Assembly: GCA_029245395.1 (NCBI GenBank)
Contig: JAQWPL010000024.1
Coordinates: 90,887 to 154,886 of the forward strand
Direction of reading: 5' to 3'
Length of the DNA stretch: 64,000 bases
DNA from: Gammaproteobacteria bacterium
Lineage (GTDB): Bacteria > Pseudomonadota > Gammaproteobacteria > Pseudomonadales > Pseudohongiellaceae
How positions within the stretch are numbered: the stretch's first letter is position 1; each line of letters opens with the position of its first letter. The position numbers and the translations under genes are program-made. A model generated the notes under the pieces. The model saw only the letters and a program-made list of their open reading frames with translations, had not been told where the DNA came from and did not search any database. This document shows, in pieces, positions 1 through 9,210 of the stretch.

Positions 1-974
1 GCCCACCAGACCTTACCAAATCTGTCGATGTTCAGGCCATGGGGATCGCCTTCCGTATCAGGCAACAGGTAATCGGTAACTTCTCCGGTTCGAGGATCAA
101 GTTTACCAATCCGGTTCGGACTGCTTCGCTCGGTGAACCAGACATTGCCATTCTGATCGATATCCGTTTCCTGGGCGCGGCGGTTTGTGTTTCCCGCATC
201 GAGGACCGGATCTAATGGCAGGTAATACTCAACGAACATCGCGCGACTAAGCGCTTCTTCATCGAGTGGAAAATCTGCCGGAACAGCCCGGGGAATACTG
301 TCGAGTCCGAAGTTACTGGTTAAATACGCAGCAATCTCACTGCTTTGTTGGGCATCGAATGTGCCTTCCCTGATATGGCCTCTTGTGATCATGCGGCCCA
401 CCACTCCATCCCAATACACGCCTGGCATACTTTGCTGTCCGAAAAAAGTGGGGTTATGACAGCTTAAACAAGAGTCTGCGACGTACTCATATCCAGTGCC
501 AGGCGGAAATAATTCCTCCATGGCAATGAATTCAGTACCGGCCGTACCAAATCGCTCCTGTTGGGCGGCAGGGACAATTCCTTCCTGCATGGAGAAGTCA
601 GCGACAACGTTTGATCCTGACTGGATATCAATAGTTTGTGTAGGTGCCGTTAAACCAAATTTTCTTACACTGATCTCGTAAGTGCCTGAAAGCATATTGA
701 CCGCTTCATAGCGCCCATTGGCTGTGTACACCATATACAGAATATCTTTATCGATATTCATGGCATAAATCTGGGCGGCTTGAAACGGCAGCGTCGAATC
801 GACTGTTCCTGACAAGGAACTCAGTCCTGAAAGTGGTCCATCGGCCATGTCTGACTGGGAACTCGTGTCAGGAGTGGTTGCTGCAACCGGGGCAGACGTG
901 GTCACATCAGTTGAATCACTACAACCGGTGATCATGGCTACTGTTAACAAGGGCAGCAGAATTATTTTTTTCAT
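1..974 (-). CDS. Lipoprotein with a c-type haem motif and Vgb/NHL-like beta-propeller repeats (3' end runs off the window)
   Basis: Absent from the ORF track because it is open at the window edge. Hand translation from ATG at 974 gives MKKIILLPLLTVAMITGC (lipobox). Later come ADSCLSCHNPTFFGQQSMPGVYWDG (CxxCH) and DQNGNVWFTERSSPNRIGKLDPRTGEVTDYLLPDTEGDPHGLNIDRFGKVWW (repeat units). No stop seen in this frame down to position 3. Confidence 0.6.
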   Translation of the reverse strand, partial: MKKIILLPLLTVAMITGCSDSTDVTTSAPVAATTPDTSSQSDMADGPLSGLSSLSGTVDSTLPFQAAQIYAMNIDKDILYMVYTANGRYEAVNMLSGTYEISVRKFGLTAPTQTIDIQSGSNVVADFSMQEGIVPAAQQERFGTAGTEFIAMEELFPPGTGYEYVADSCLSCHNPTFFGQQSMPGVYWDGVVGRMITRGHIREGTFDAQQSSEIAAYLTSNFGLDSIPRAVPADFPLDEEALSRAMFVEYYLPLDPVLDAGNTNRRAQETDIDQNGNVWFTERSSPNRIGKLDPRTGEVTDYLLPDTEGDPHGLNIDRFGKVWW

Positions 975-1041
975 GATGTCGGATCTCCGTGTATCGCTCG
1001 CGGACGCTCTTATGTGCCGGCGAAAAAATTTGTTATTTTGA

Positions 1042-2580
1042 TTAGGGCGCGTTGCAGGAAAAATTTGCCGCATCATCAATACTGCCGGTTCCTGTAAAGG
1101 TCGCCACCTGTGGATGGGGGCACAAAGGCCGAGTCCGGGTGCCACCATTTTCAATAGAGCCCGAAATGATAATTCGCTCCGGTGCTACATCAGTATCAAC
1201 CCAGCGTTTTAATTCAGCACCTACATCAAATTCGCCAAGGGCGCCTTCCCAACCACAATGTTCCTTGTTGGGCACCATGAACAGACGCACCGATTCCTGG
1301 GCGCTCAGGGAGCCTATCGTATTCACAACACTGTTGTAGTAATCAATAGCGAGGTCTGGCGGGATATAAGTGTCATTCCAGCCTTCCCATAACAGGAGCT
1401 TACCCCCACTAGCCACAAATTCACTGATATCCGGGCTCAGGGCATTAACGACAAGATTTTCCGGTGCATCGGCAAGGGCGACATCTGTTGCGTAGTTGAC
1501 AGGATGCTCCTTGGAGTTCCAGCTCTCGTCCTTGAAGACAAAGTACTTGAAAAAGTTCTCGGATAACCTGAAAGGCGCGTCACCAGTCGTAGTTCGGGTC
1601 CAGGTGATCTCGCTGCCAGGTTGTGGCCCGGGAAAAATCTGTTGGTGGGTGAGCGGGTTTGTGGCGCCGGCATAGATTTTTCGAACTGCAGTCACCTGTG
1701 GGGCCGTCAGGCAGGATGCGCCATCAGTGCCTGCGGCACACTGGATTGATGCTGGATCAAATTTACAGAGGAGTGGATTTTCAAGCACACCATCAAGAAC
1801 CCTGTCGAGCACGTCACACTGCTGGATCACGGCATCATGAAGAACGACATATTTTTCCGGCGAGATGTAGCTAGCCTCATTCAGATGAGTTGCGTCCCAG
1901 TTCCACATCTGGTGAAAGATGTGGTGCGTTTTATCGGACATTCCAGTGATTGCTACTGCGTCATAGTCTCCAGGATAACGCTGTATCGCATTCTGGGCTG
2001 TGACTGCGCTACCGCCACAGCCGTTGATGAAAGAAAAAGCAGGGCCGCTGCCGTAATAAGCCGCCATGATGGCTTTTGCTTTAACCGGCACTTCATGGCC
2101 CGACCGATAGCCAAAATCAATCACTTTTTCAGGCTCTGTCAAAGCATAACTTGAGTCGCCGGCATGCCCGGTGTCACTTCCGGCTGTTGCATAACCTGCC
2201 CGTAGCGAGGTAGCCAAATCATTGTATGGAACAGACCCTCCGATACCAGAACTGCCCCGGCCCTCGAACGTGCCGTTCCAGCCGTTGGCTGGCAGCCAGG
2301 CTTCCATTTTAATGTCTGAGCTTGGCGTCGGTTTCACGGTTGCTGCCACGCGGCAGAAAGCGGGTAAATCAGCATAAGCAGCGGCATTACCAGTAGCGAG
2401 GCGAAATTGCCCAGCAGCAATATGCTCAGCCGCCGTAATGGTGGTATAGGGTAAGGAAAGGTCCGTAAGATTTTCACAGACTGCAGGGGCCTGCGCCGCC
2501 TGTACCCCTTGTACAAGCAGTGGAACGGATACCAGAAGTACCACACCTGGCAACATTATTTTTCCAGTGGATCGTTTCAC
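1042..2580 (-). CDS. Tannase/feruloyl esterase family alpha/beta hydrolase homologue, exported
   Basis: Family-typical CENLTDLSLPYTTITAAE near the N-terminus, then FINGCGGSAVTAQNAIQRYPGDYD, then EHCGWEG near the C-terminus. Signal peptide MLPGVVLLVSVPLLVQGVQAAQA. Start set at GTG 2580 behind AGGAGAGG; the track ORF extends to a TTG at 2619. Confidence 0.8.
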   Translation of the reverse strand: MKRSTGKIMLPGVVLLVSVPLLVQGVQAAQAPAVCENLTDLSLPYTTITAAEHIAAGQFRLATGNAAAYADLPAFCRVAATVKPTPSSDIKMEAWLPANGWNGTFEGRGSSGIGGSVPYNDLATSLRAGYATAGSDTGHAGDSSYALTEPEKVIDFGYRSGHEVPVKAKAIMAAYYGSGPAFSFINGCGGSAVTAQNAIQRYPGDYDAVAITGMSDKTHHIFHQMWNWDATHLNEASYISPEKYVVLHDAVIQQCDVLDRVLDGVLENPLLCKFDPASIQCAAGTDGASCLTAPQVTAVRKIYAGATNPLTHQQIFPGPQPGSEITWTRTTTGDAPFRLSENFFKYFVFKDESWNSKEHPVNYATDVALADAPENLVVNALSPDISEFVASGGKLLLWEGWNDTYIPPDLAIDYYNSVVNTIGSLSAQESVRLFMVPNKEHCGWEGALGEFDVGAELKRWVDTDVAPERIIISGSIENGGTRTRPLCPHPQVATFTGTGSIDDAANFSCNAP

Positions 2581-2878
2581 GTTTTCCTCTCCTATGTCGG
2601 CTTTTATGGCCAGCTTCAAGAATTTAGAAGGCGGTATAACTAATTATTTTTAATAAAATGTTTTATTTGAACAGTTAGTTCAATTCCGAGCCCTGAACCT
2701 AGCAGAATATAAAGAAATATACATATTTATTGATATCGGTAAAACAAAAGAAATGTAATTGGAATCTACTTTCTATGGTTTGCAGGCAAAATACAATAAG
2801 AAGCGCTGTCTACCCGATTGATCTTGGCGTTACTGTTAACGTAGACTATAAAGACAGCTACTCTGCAGAGGGAACAAT

Positions 2879-3274
2879 ATGAAAATCCTGACTACGGCCG
2901 CGATACTTCTGGGCTTGAGCTCATTGATCGCTACACCATCTCTTGTTTTGGCACACCATTCCGTCGGCGCCACGTTTGATCCGCAAGCAACAGTTACGCT
3001 GGAAGGCACCGTGACCAAAATTGACTGGTTCAATCCTCATATCTGGATATACATTACTGTTGATGGCAGCACGGAAGAATACCAGTGTGAAGGTTCCAGC
3101 CCGAACTCCTTGCGTCGGCGGGGCTGGTCCAAGGATTCTCTCAATCCAGGCGACCATGTTACAGTGGAGGGACTGAAGGCCAGGAATGACCCTTACAGTT
3201 GCTATGCCCGTTCCGTAAAACTTGCCGACGGTAAACAGCTATTTTCAGGAAACGCCTCGGAGCTTGGTCAATGA
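2879..3274 (+). CDS. Secreted N-module protein (DUF6152-like by recollection); predicted mature N-terminus HHS
   Basis: Signal peptide ending VLA then HHSVGATFD. Shared motifs WFNPHIWIY and LRRRGWSKDSLNPGDHVTVEG. Paralogous to 14821-15246 and to the N-terminal parts of 17338, 25915 and 38704. Confidence 0.85.
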   Translation: MKILTTAAILLGLSSLIATPSLVLAHHSVGATFDPQATVTLEGTVTKIDWFNPHIWIYITVDGSTEEYQCEGSSPNSLRRRGWSKDSLNPGDHVTVEGLKARNDPYSCYARSVKLADGKQLFSGNASELGQ

Positions 3275-4044
3275 GCAAACATGTCTTGAAAGCGATCACT
3301 TTGTCGGGCGCAGTGCTAACCCTCTGCACCCTGGTGTCGTCAGCAGCATACTCCCAGTCGCAGGACATTCCCCGGTTGGCCGACGGCAAGCCTGATTTCA
3401 ACGGCATCTGGGACCGTCCACGGGTTGGTAACATTACCAGGGATGTGCAGGGCTGCGGCTCTGGTAGCGTGGGATGCAGCTCGATATCATCCGGACCATT
3501 GGCATTCACGCCCGAAGGCCTGGCAGCTCATGAAGGCCCGAAAATAGATTATCCTGGCCGTTGCCTGCCCTGGGGTTACACCCGGGCTTACCATACAACC
3601 TACCCGATCATGTATGTGCAAACAGCAAAGGTTTTTGCGGTCCTGTTTGAATCGAATAACATCTTTCATATCGTGCCCACAGACGGCCGTGAGCATCCTC
3701 CTGAAGTCGAATCCACATGGATGGGCAAGTCATTCGGCCACTACGAAGGTGACACTCTGGTCATTGATTCCCGAGGGTTCAATGGCTTGTCCTGGATCGA
3801 CAACGGCGGCGAACATCCTGTCAGTGAAGAAATGCATATCACAGAACGTATCAGTCACATTGATGCCGACACCCTGCAATACCATATCACCCTCGAAGAT
3901 CCCAAGTTTTACTCCGAGCCCATAGTGAACACCCGGGTCTTCGTGCGAATGCCTGATGATACCGAACTCTATGAATACTGGTGCATGGAAAACAACAAGG
4001 CACTGATGGACGGTCTGCTTCCCGATACCATATTGACGGAGTAA
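3271..4044 (+). CDS. Secreted C-module protein of the same two-module family
   Basis: ATGA overlap with the upstream N-module gene. Signal peptide, then DGKPDFNGIWDRP, RCLPWGY, GKSFGHYEGDTLVIDSRGF, ITERISHIDADTLQYHITLEDP and EYWCMENN. These motifs recur in seven other copies. Confidence 0.85.
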   Translation: MSKHVLKAITLSGAVLTLCTLVSSAAYSQSQDIPRLADGKPDFNGIWDRPRVGNITRDVQGCGSGSVGCSSISSGPLAFTPEGLAAHEGPKIDYPGRCLPWGYTRAYHTTYPIMYVQTAKVFAVLFESNNIFHIVPTDGREHPPEVESTWMGKSFGHYEGDTLVIDSRGFNGLSWIDNGGEHPVSEEMHITERISHIDADTLQYHITLEDPKFYSEPIVNTRVFVRMPDDTELYEYWCMENNKALMDGLLPDTILTE

Positions 4045-4049
4045 CGGTC

Positions 4050-5021
4050 ATGACCATGAACAATCAATTCTGTCTGCTCCGGTCCATCCATTTCCGCCTC
4101 CTGGCAGCAGGACTGATTGTCAGTCTCTGGTCAGTGACCGCACCGGCTCAGGAAAATACTTCCTATTCAGACCCTGGCACGTTTCCGGTTCACAACATGG
4201 AGACCATCGCCCTGAAAGACAATCTCCGCGGCACCGAAGTCCTGGTTCGAGTGTACTACCCGGAAGGCGCAGGTCCGTTTCCTGTTATCGCTTTCTCTCA
4301 TATGAATGGTGGTAACAAGGATATGTTCAGTGAAATAGGCACGCATTGGGCCAGCCATGGTTTTGTGGCCGTGCATTCAAGTCATGATGATACTGGCGTC
4401 ACCATGGCCCCCAACGGTGGAGGCATGCAACCGTCGGAACAAAAGGTTCGCGACCGGTTGCGCGACGTAATCGTAGTCTTTGATGCGCTCGATCAAATCG
4501 AGCGCGATGTTCCCGCCCTGGCGGAAAAACTTGATCGTGAGAAGCTGGCTGTTGCGGGACACTCTTATGGCTCATTTATCTCATTTATTGCTGGCGGTGT
4601 GACCATCGATATTGGTGGCGAAACAAATACAAATCTCGGCGATTCCCGTGTCAAATGTATTCTGCCAATGTCACCTTCCGGACCTGGTGATTACGGATTG
4701 AGTGATGCAAGCTGGCGCAACCTGGCTATGCCAACGCTAATTTTTAACGGCACCAACGATGCGCGGGCCGGGCGTGCAGAAGACTGGCGTATGGAACCTT
4801 ACCGGTTGAGCCCCGAAGGTAACAAATTTCAAATTATTATCGAAGGTGCTACTCACCGTGAGTACGGTGGAGATATACCCGGTGATGCACCAAAATATGT
4901 CAAGGCTGCATCAGCGGCTTTCTTTGATTTCTGTCTGAATGGAACCGCTGAAGGGAAATCCTATCTACAAGGTGGTTTCGACGAATTTGCCGATGGTGCG
5001 GCGACGATCTCCTTTAAATAG
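4050..5021 (+). CDS. Exported alpha/beta hydrolase (dienelactone hydrolase / PAF-acetylhydrolase-like)
   Basis: Signal peptide ending TAPAQE; nucleophile elbow VAGHSYGSF (GxSxG). The track ORF starts at 3981 inside the upstream gene; ATG 4050 follows the upstream stop. Confidence 0.75.
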   Translation: MTMNNQFCLLRSIHFRLLAAGLIVSLWSVTAPAQENTSYSDPGTFPVHNMETIALKDNLRGTEVLVRVYYPEGAGPFPVIAFSHMNGGNKDMFSEIGTHWASHGFVAVHSSHDDTGVTMAPNGGGMQPSEQKVRDRLRDVIVVFDALDQIERDVPALAEKLDREKLAVAGHSYGSFISFIAGGVTIDIGGETNTNLGDSRVKCILPMSPSGPGDYGLSDASWRNLAMPTLIFNGTNDARAGRAEDWRMEPYRLSPEGNKFQIIIEGATHREYGGDIPGDAPKYVKAASAAFFDFCLNGTAEGKSYLQGGFDEFADGAATISFK

Positions 5022-5123
5022 CGAAATTTCGCTGCACAGTAATTGTAGCGAGTTCTGACAGGTACATTTCTTGTAGGTTGTATTTTGACCTATTCAATTA
5101 TCAAAATCGTTAAGGTACAAACC

Positions 5124-5870
5124 ATGAAAAAAATTAGCCTATCTTTTATAGCTGTATTACTGCTGTTATCAGGATCATTGCAGGCATTGACCCTTGCTGA
5201 ATTGAGTGCAGCACTGAGTAATTCCGACACTAGAGCCGAAGCTGATAAAGTCAGAGATGCTGGCCGCAAACCAGCTGAAGTAGTCAATTTTCTGGGTATA
5301 GAAGAAGGCATGACTGTCATTGATTTGGTCGCAGCTACTGGCTATTACACTGAAGTGTTGTCACATGCAGTAGGCGCGTCTGGCAAGGTGTATATGCAAA
5401 ACTCTCCAGCATCACTTACGGGTGACCGCGGAACGCGCACGGCGGCAGCAATTGACGCTCGGTTGGCCAATAATCGACTCGCCAATGTTGAAAGTTTGAA
5501 CCGGGATTTTGCAGATTTGGGATTATCACCTAACTCGATAGATGCAGCGATTATCGCTCTGGAAATACATGAGTTAACCAGATCCAGTGATCCAGATGCA
5601 GCCGGTAATTTTCTCGCCTATATTAGAACAGTGCTGAAACCTGGAGGAATACTTGGAGTTGTTGACCATGCGGGTAATCCTGGTAGTGATAATGGCGCTA
5701 TCCACCGCGCAGATGAAGAGCAGATTGTAGGGCTTGCTGAAGCTGTAGGTTTTAGTGTGGTTGGAACATCGGACCTATTGCGTATGCCAGAAGATGATCG
5801 TACAACGGCGGTTTTTGGTCCGGATATTCGTGGCAAAACTGATCGCTTCCTTTTGAAATTACAAAAGTAA
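5124..5870 (+). CDS. Class I SAM-dependent methyltransferase-like protein with an N-terminal signal peptide
   Basis: MKKISLSFIAVLLLLSGSLQA signal. VIDLVAATGYYTEVL resembles motif I and LKPGGILGVVDH the post-I/II region. ATG 5124 preferred over the track's TTG at 5085. Confidence 0.7.
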   Translation: MKKISLSFIAVLLLLSGSLQALTLAELSAALSNSDTRAEADKVRDAGRKPAEVVNFLGIEEGMTVIDLVAATGYYTEVLSHAVGASGKVYMQNSPASLTGDRGTRTAAAIDARLANNRLANVESLNRDFADLGLSPNSIDAAIIALEIHELTRSSDPDAAGNFLAYIRTVLKPGGILGVVDHAGNPGSDNGAIHRADEEQIVGLAEAVGFSVVGTSDLLRMPEDDRTTAVFGPDIRGKTDRFLLKLQK

Positions 5871-5891
5871 TTATTGGGCTGAAGCAGTTAA

Positions 5892-8129
5892 ATGGCACAG
5901 CAACCTCCTTCAATCAAACATACTCCGCTGACTGGTGACATTGCCCTGAACCGCCGTACTTTTATCAAACTCGGCGGCATCGCCGGTGGTGGTCTGGTGC
6001 TTGGTTTTACCCTTGGCGACAAGACCTGGGCCCAGGAGTCCGGTGATCCGCTAACCACGAATTACATCCAGATCCATCCAGATGGCAAGATAATTATCAT
6101 GGCAACACAGCCGGAAGTGGGTCAGGGCGTCAAAACCGCCTTTCCCATGCTGGTTGCCGAGGAGCTGGATGCGAACTGGGCCGATGTCGAGGTCCTGCAG
6201 TCTGAAATCGATGCCGGTCGATACGGCAGCCAGGCCGCTGCCGGTTCCCGTGGCACGCCAACCGTCTGGCTTCCCTTGCGGCAGGCAGGAGCCACTGCCA
6301 GGGCCATGCTGGTTGCCGCGGCAGCCATCCGTCTGGAGGTAGATGCCTCTGAGCTGCGCACACAAGACAGTAGCGTTTTCCACGATGCTTCCGACCGCAG
6401 TCTTTCCTACGCCGATCTGTCAGAACTGGCAGCGACCATGCCGATACCCGAGCCGTCATCTCTGCTTCTTAAGGAACGCGATGAGTGGCGCTTGATTGGC
6501 GGCAGTATCCCGGGGGTGGATAACACCAACATAGTCACCGGCAGCCCTCTTTTCGGTTTTGATCAGTTTCAGCCGGACATGCTCTATGCCAATTTTGTAA
6601 AAAGCCCCAGGGTCGGGGCGAAAGCCGAACTAGCTAATCTGGATTTCATCAAGACCCTTCCCGGCGTGGTTGACGCCTTCATTATGGAAGGCAGGGGTCT
6701 TCCTAATGACTATGTCCGGCGAGAACCTGCGATTCATTCCGGTGTGGTAGTAGTGGCCCGCTCTACCTGGAGCGCCATGAAGGCTGCTCGTCAGTTAGAA
6801 ATCCGCTGGGACAATAGCACCGCTGCATCGGATACCTGGACTGACCATGTGGCGACTGCCAGAACACTGGCCGGGAAACCCGGCCTGGAAACACTCAACG
6901 AGAAGGGGAGTGTGGACACTGTTTTTGACAGCGCTGACACAATAGCGGAAGGGTTTTATACCTATCCTTTTCTGGCCCATGCCAACCTTGAGCCGCAAAA
7001 CTGCACTGCCCGGGTTACCAATGACGGCATCGAGTTATGGGCGCCCACCCAGACTCCGCAGCGCGCCCTTACAGAACTTTCGGCGTTTTTCAATATTCCT
7101 GAGTCCAGTATTAATCTACATCAGATTCGCATCGGTGGTGGGTTCGGACGCCGGCTCGCCAATGACTATGTGGTAGAGGCCGCCGCCATCGCCGCCCGTT
7201 TTGATGTACCGGTAAAAGCTTTCTGGACCCGAGAAGATGATATGACCTTCGATTTCTACCGTCCCGGTGGTTTTCATTCCTTCAAGGCTGCCATTGACGG
7301 CGAAGGCAAACTAACTGCCTGGCAGGATCACTTCATTACCTTTGCTCGGTCTGGTTCCACTGAACCTCTGCGTACTGCCAACCTGCCGCCCGATGAATTT
7401 CCGGTGAGTGTGCTTGCCAATGCACGATTAACCCAGACCACTCTGGATTCCGGTATGCCGGCGGGCCCGATGCGCGCCCCTCGTTCCAATGCCATTGCTT
7501 TTGTCGTGGAATCTTTCCTGCATGAATGTGCAGTGGCTGCCAATCGCGACCATGTGGAATTTCTGCTGGAAGTGTTGGGTGAATCCCGCTGGCTTGATCC
7601 CGGTAATACGGGTTCACTAAACACCGAAAGGGCAGCATCTGTCATTCGCCTGGCCGCTGAAAAGGCTGACTGGGGCCGGCAGATGCCTGCTGGTCGCGCC
7701 CTTGGACTGGCTTTTCATTTCAGCCATGCCGGTCATTTCGCCCATGTAGCGGAGGTCAGTGTCAACGCTGGGAACCAGGTGACAATTCACAAGATTACTG
7801 TTGCCGGGGATATCGGTCCGATCATTAATATTAGTAGTGCCCACAACCAGGTTGAAGGCTGTGTGATTGATGCCATCAGCGCGCTTGGTCTGGAAATCAC
7901 GTTCAGAAATGGGCGGGTCGACCAGCAAAACTTCCACCAGTATCCCCTGGGCAGGATCGGCATCACACCGGAAATCGATATTCACTGGATTGAGTCTGAT
8001 TATAATCCAACAGGCCTGGGCGAACCGGCTTACCCACCTGTTATCCCGGCAGTAACCAATGCAATTTTTTCAGCCACGGGTCACCGGATACGAACGTTGC
8101 CGATCACTAAGGAAGGGTTTTCAGTTTAA
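5892..8129 (+). CDS. Molybdopterin-binding oxidoreductase large subunit (IorB / aldehyde oxidase-xanthine dehydrogenase family), Tat-exported
   Basis: Twin-arginine region NRRTFIKLGGIAGGG; IRIGGGFGRR motif; C-terminal [30 protein letters not shown]. Clear paralogue of 30174-32285. Confidence 0.85.
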   Translation: MAQQPPSIKHTPLTGDIALNRRTFIKLGGIAGGGLVLGFTLGDKTWAQESGDPLTTNYIQIHPDGKIIIMATQPEVGQGVKTAFPMLVAEELDANWADVEVLQSEIDAGRYGSQAAAGSRGTPTVWLPLRQAGATARAMLVAAAAIRLEVDASELRTQDSSVFHDASDRSLSYADLSELAATMPIPEPSSLLLKERDEWRLIGGSIPGVDNTNIVTGSPLFGFDQFQPDMLYANFVKSPRVGAKAELANLDFIKTLPGVVDAFIMEGRGLPNDYVRREPAIHSGVVVVARSTWSAMKAARQLEIRWDNSTAASDTWTDHVATARTLAGKPGLETLNEKGSVDTVFDSADTIAEGFYTYPFLAHANLEPQNCTARVTNDGIELWAPTQTPQRALTELSAFFNIPESSINLHQIRIGGGFGRRLANDYVVEAAAIAARFDVPVKAFWTREDDMTFDFYRPGGFHSFKAAIDGEGKLTAWQDHFITFARSGSTEPLRTANLPPDEFPVSVLANARLTQTTLDSGMPAGPMRAPRSNAIAFVVESFLHECAVAANRDHVEFLLEVLGESRWLDPGNTGSLNTERAASVIRLAAEKADWGRQMPAGRALGLAFHFSHAGHFAHVAEVSVNAGNQVTIHKITVAGDIGPIINISSAHNQVEGCVIDAISALGLEITFRNGRVDQQNFHQYPLGRIGITPEIDIHWIESDYNPTGLGEPAYPPVIPAVTNAIFSATGHRIRTLPITKEGFSV

Positions 8130-8174
8130 GTAATTAATACCTGAGTATTTAGATGTTTTGTCTTTACTGTTATT

Positions 8175-8843
8175 TTATGACTGCTCAGGCAGCACATAAT
8201 AATAGACAGAGACAAAATGGCAGAAGCTGCCCATTAGCACAAAGCAATGAAAAATGGCGTGGTTAAAAGGTATCTTCCGGATGCTGTACAAGATAGCGCC
8301 TATTGAATAAAACAATCCCCCACCCATCAACCAGAATAATCCCGCGGTTGGGAGTTTTTCTATTAACGGTTTAATGGCAAAAATAACCAACCAGCCCATG
8401 AACACATACATGAGTGTGGATAAAATTCTATATCGACCGGTATAGAAAAGTTTCAAACCGGTTCCCATCAAAGCAAGTCCCCAGCTAACTGCAAAAATTA
8501 CCCACCCGACCCACCCTTGTAACGTGATCAGGGCAAACGGTGTGTAAGTTCCTGCTATGAGAATATAAATGGTGACATGATCAAAAACTCTAAGCTTTTT
8601 TCGTTGAACAGGGTTTTTACACCGATGATAAAGCGTAGAAGTCACATAGAGTAAAACCAGGCTGGAACCGAAAACTGTAAAACTGGTGATAGGCAGGACG
8701 CCGGTTTCCTGGGTAGCTCGCAGTATCAGGAACACCAGGGCGACTATGCTGAAAAAGGCACCAACAGCATGGCTATAAATATTGATCAGTTCTTCGGGTT
8801 GAGAATAAACCGGGGATTCGTGGTTTGAGGACAAGCTATTCAT
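8175..8843 (-). CDS. Hemolysin III / PAQR family membrane protein
   Basis: Seven hydrophobic segments; family motifs FDHVTIYILIAGTYTPF and HAIFHCFVLMGSFCHF. Confidence 0.85.
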   Translation of the reverse strand: MNSLSSNHESPVYSQPEELINIYSHAVGAFFSIVALVFLILRATQETGVLPITSFTVFGSSLVLLYVTSTLYHRCKNPVQRKKLRVFDHVTIYILIAGTYTPFALITLQGWVGWVIFAVSWGLALMGTGLKLFYTGRYRILSTLMYVFMGWLVIFAIKPLIEKLPTAGLFWLMGGGLFYSIGAILYSIRKIPFNHAIFHCFVLMGSFCHFVSVYYYVLPEQS

Positions 8844-9210
8844 GGTTGACTGCGTGGTAGGTTTTCAAAAGTGAAATTAACCAGAAAATTATTCACTGAA
8901 AACCATTCTATTAAGAATGTGCGTCAGTCTATTCTCTTCAAAGACAACTTGAAAGCGGATGGGTTAATGCCGCGAAAGCGAAGCGACCACAGTTAATGAC
9001 TGCGGATTGCACTGCTCAAATCAAAGCGTGCAGAGTAAATTTAATATCCCATAGAAAGGTATACGTGCAATCGTCAGGCATCAAATAATCAATGCTCATA
9101 GCAATTACAGCTTTTGCCAGGTTATCAATTGCTGGACTACTCGGATTTTCCTGTTTATTCTTATTTGCTCATATTAAAAAAAATTCAGATAGCACGCGAG
9201 GATATTGCGT

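Noticed and set aside
1-12. GCCCACCAG at the window start resembling the tRNA 3' end/att core
   Set aside because: It is only a 9-nt match inside a coding region (encoding ...KVWW). It is too short to distinguish from chance.
3981-4049. Long 5' extensions of track ORFs (for example 3981, 5085, 15327, 17245, 27037, 28670, 37513, 62527, 62541)
   Set aside because: The extensions overlap upstream genes or precede obvious signal peptides or conserved N-termini. Internal ATG/GTG starts with better context were chosen instead.
5021-5034. AGCGAAATTTCGCT palindrome after the alpha/beta hydrolase gene as a terminator
   Set aside because: It has no loop and no T-tract, so the evidence is too weak to annotate.
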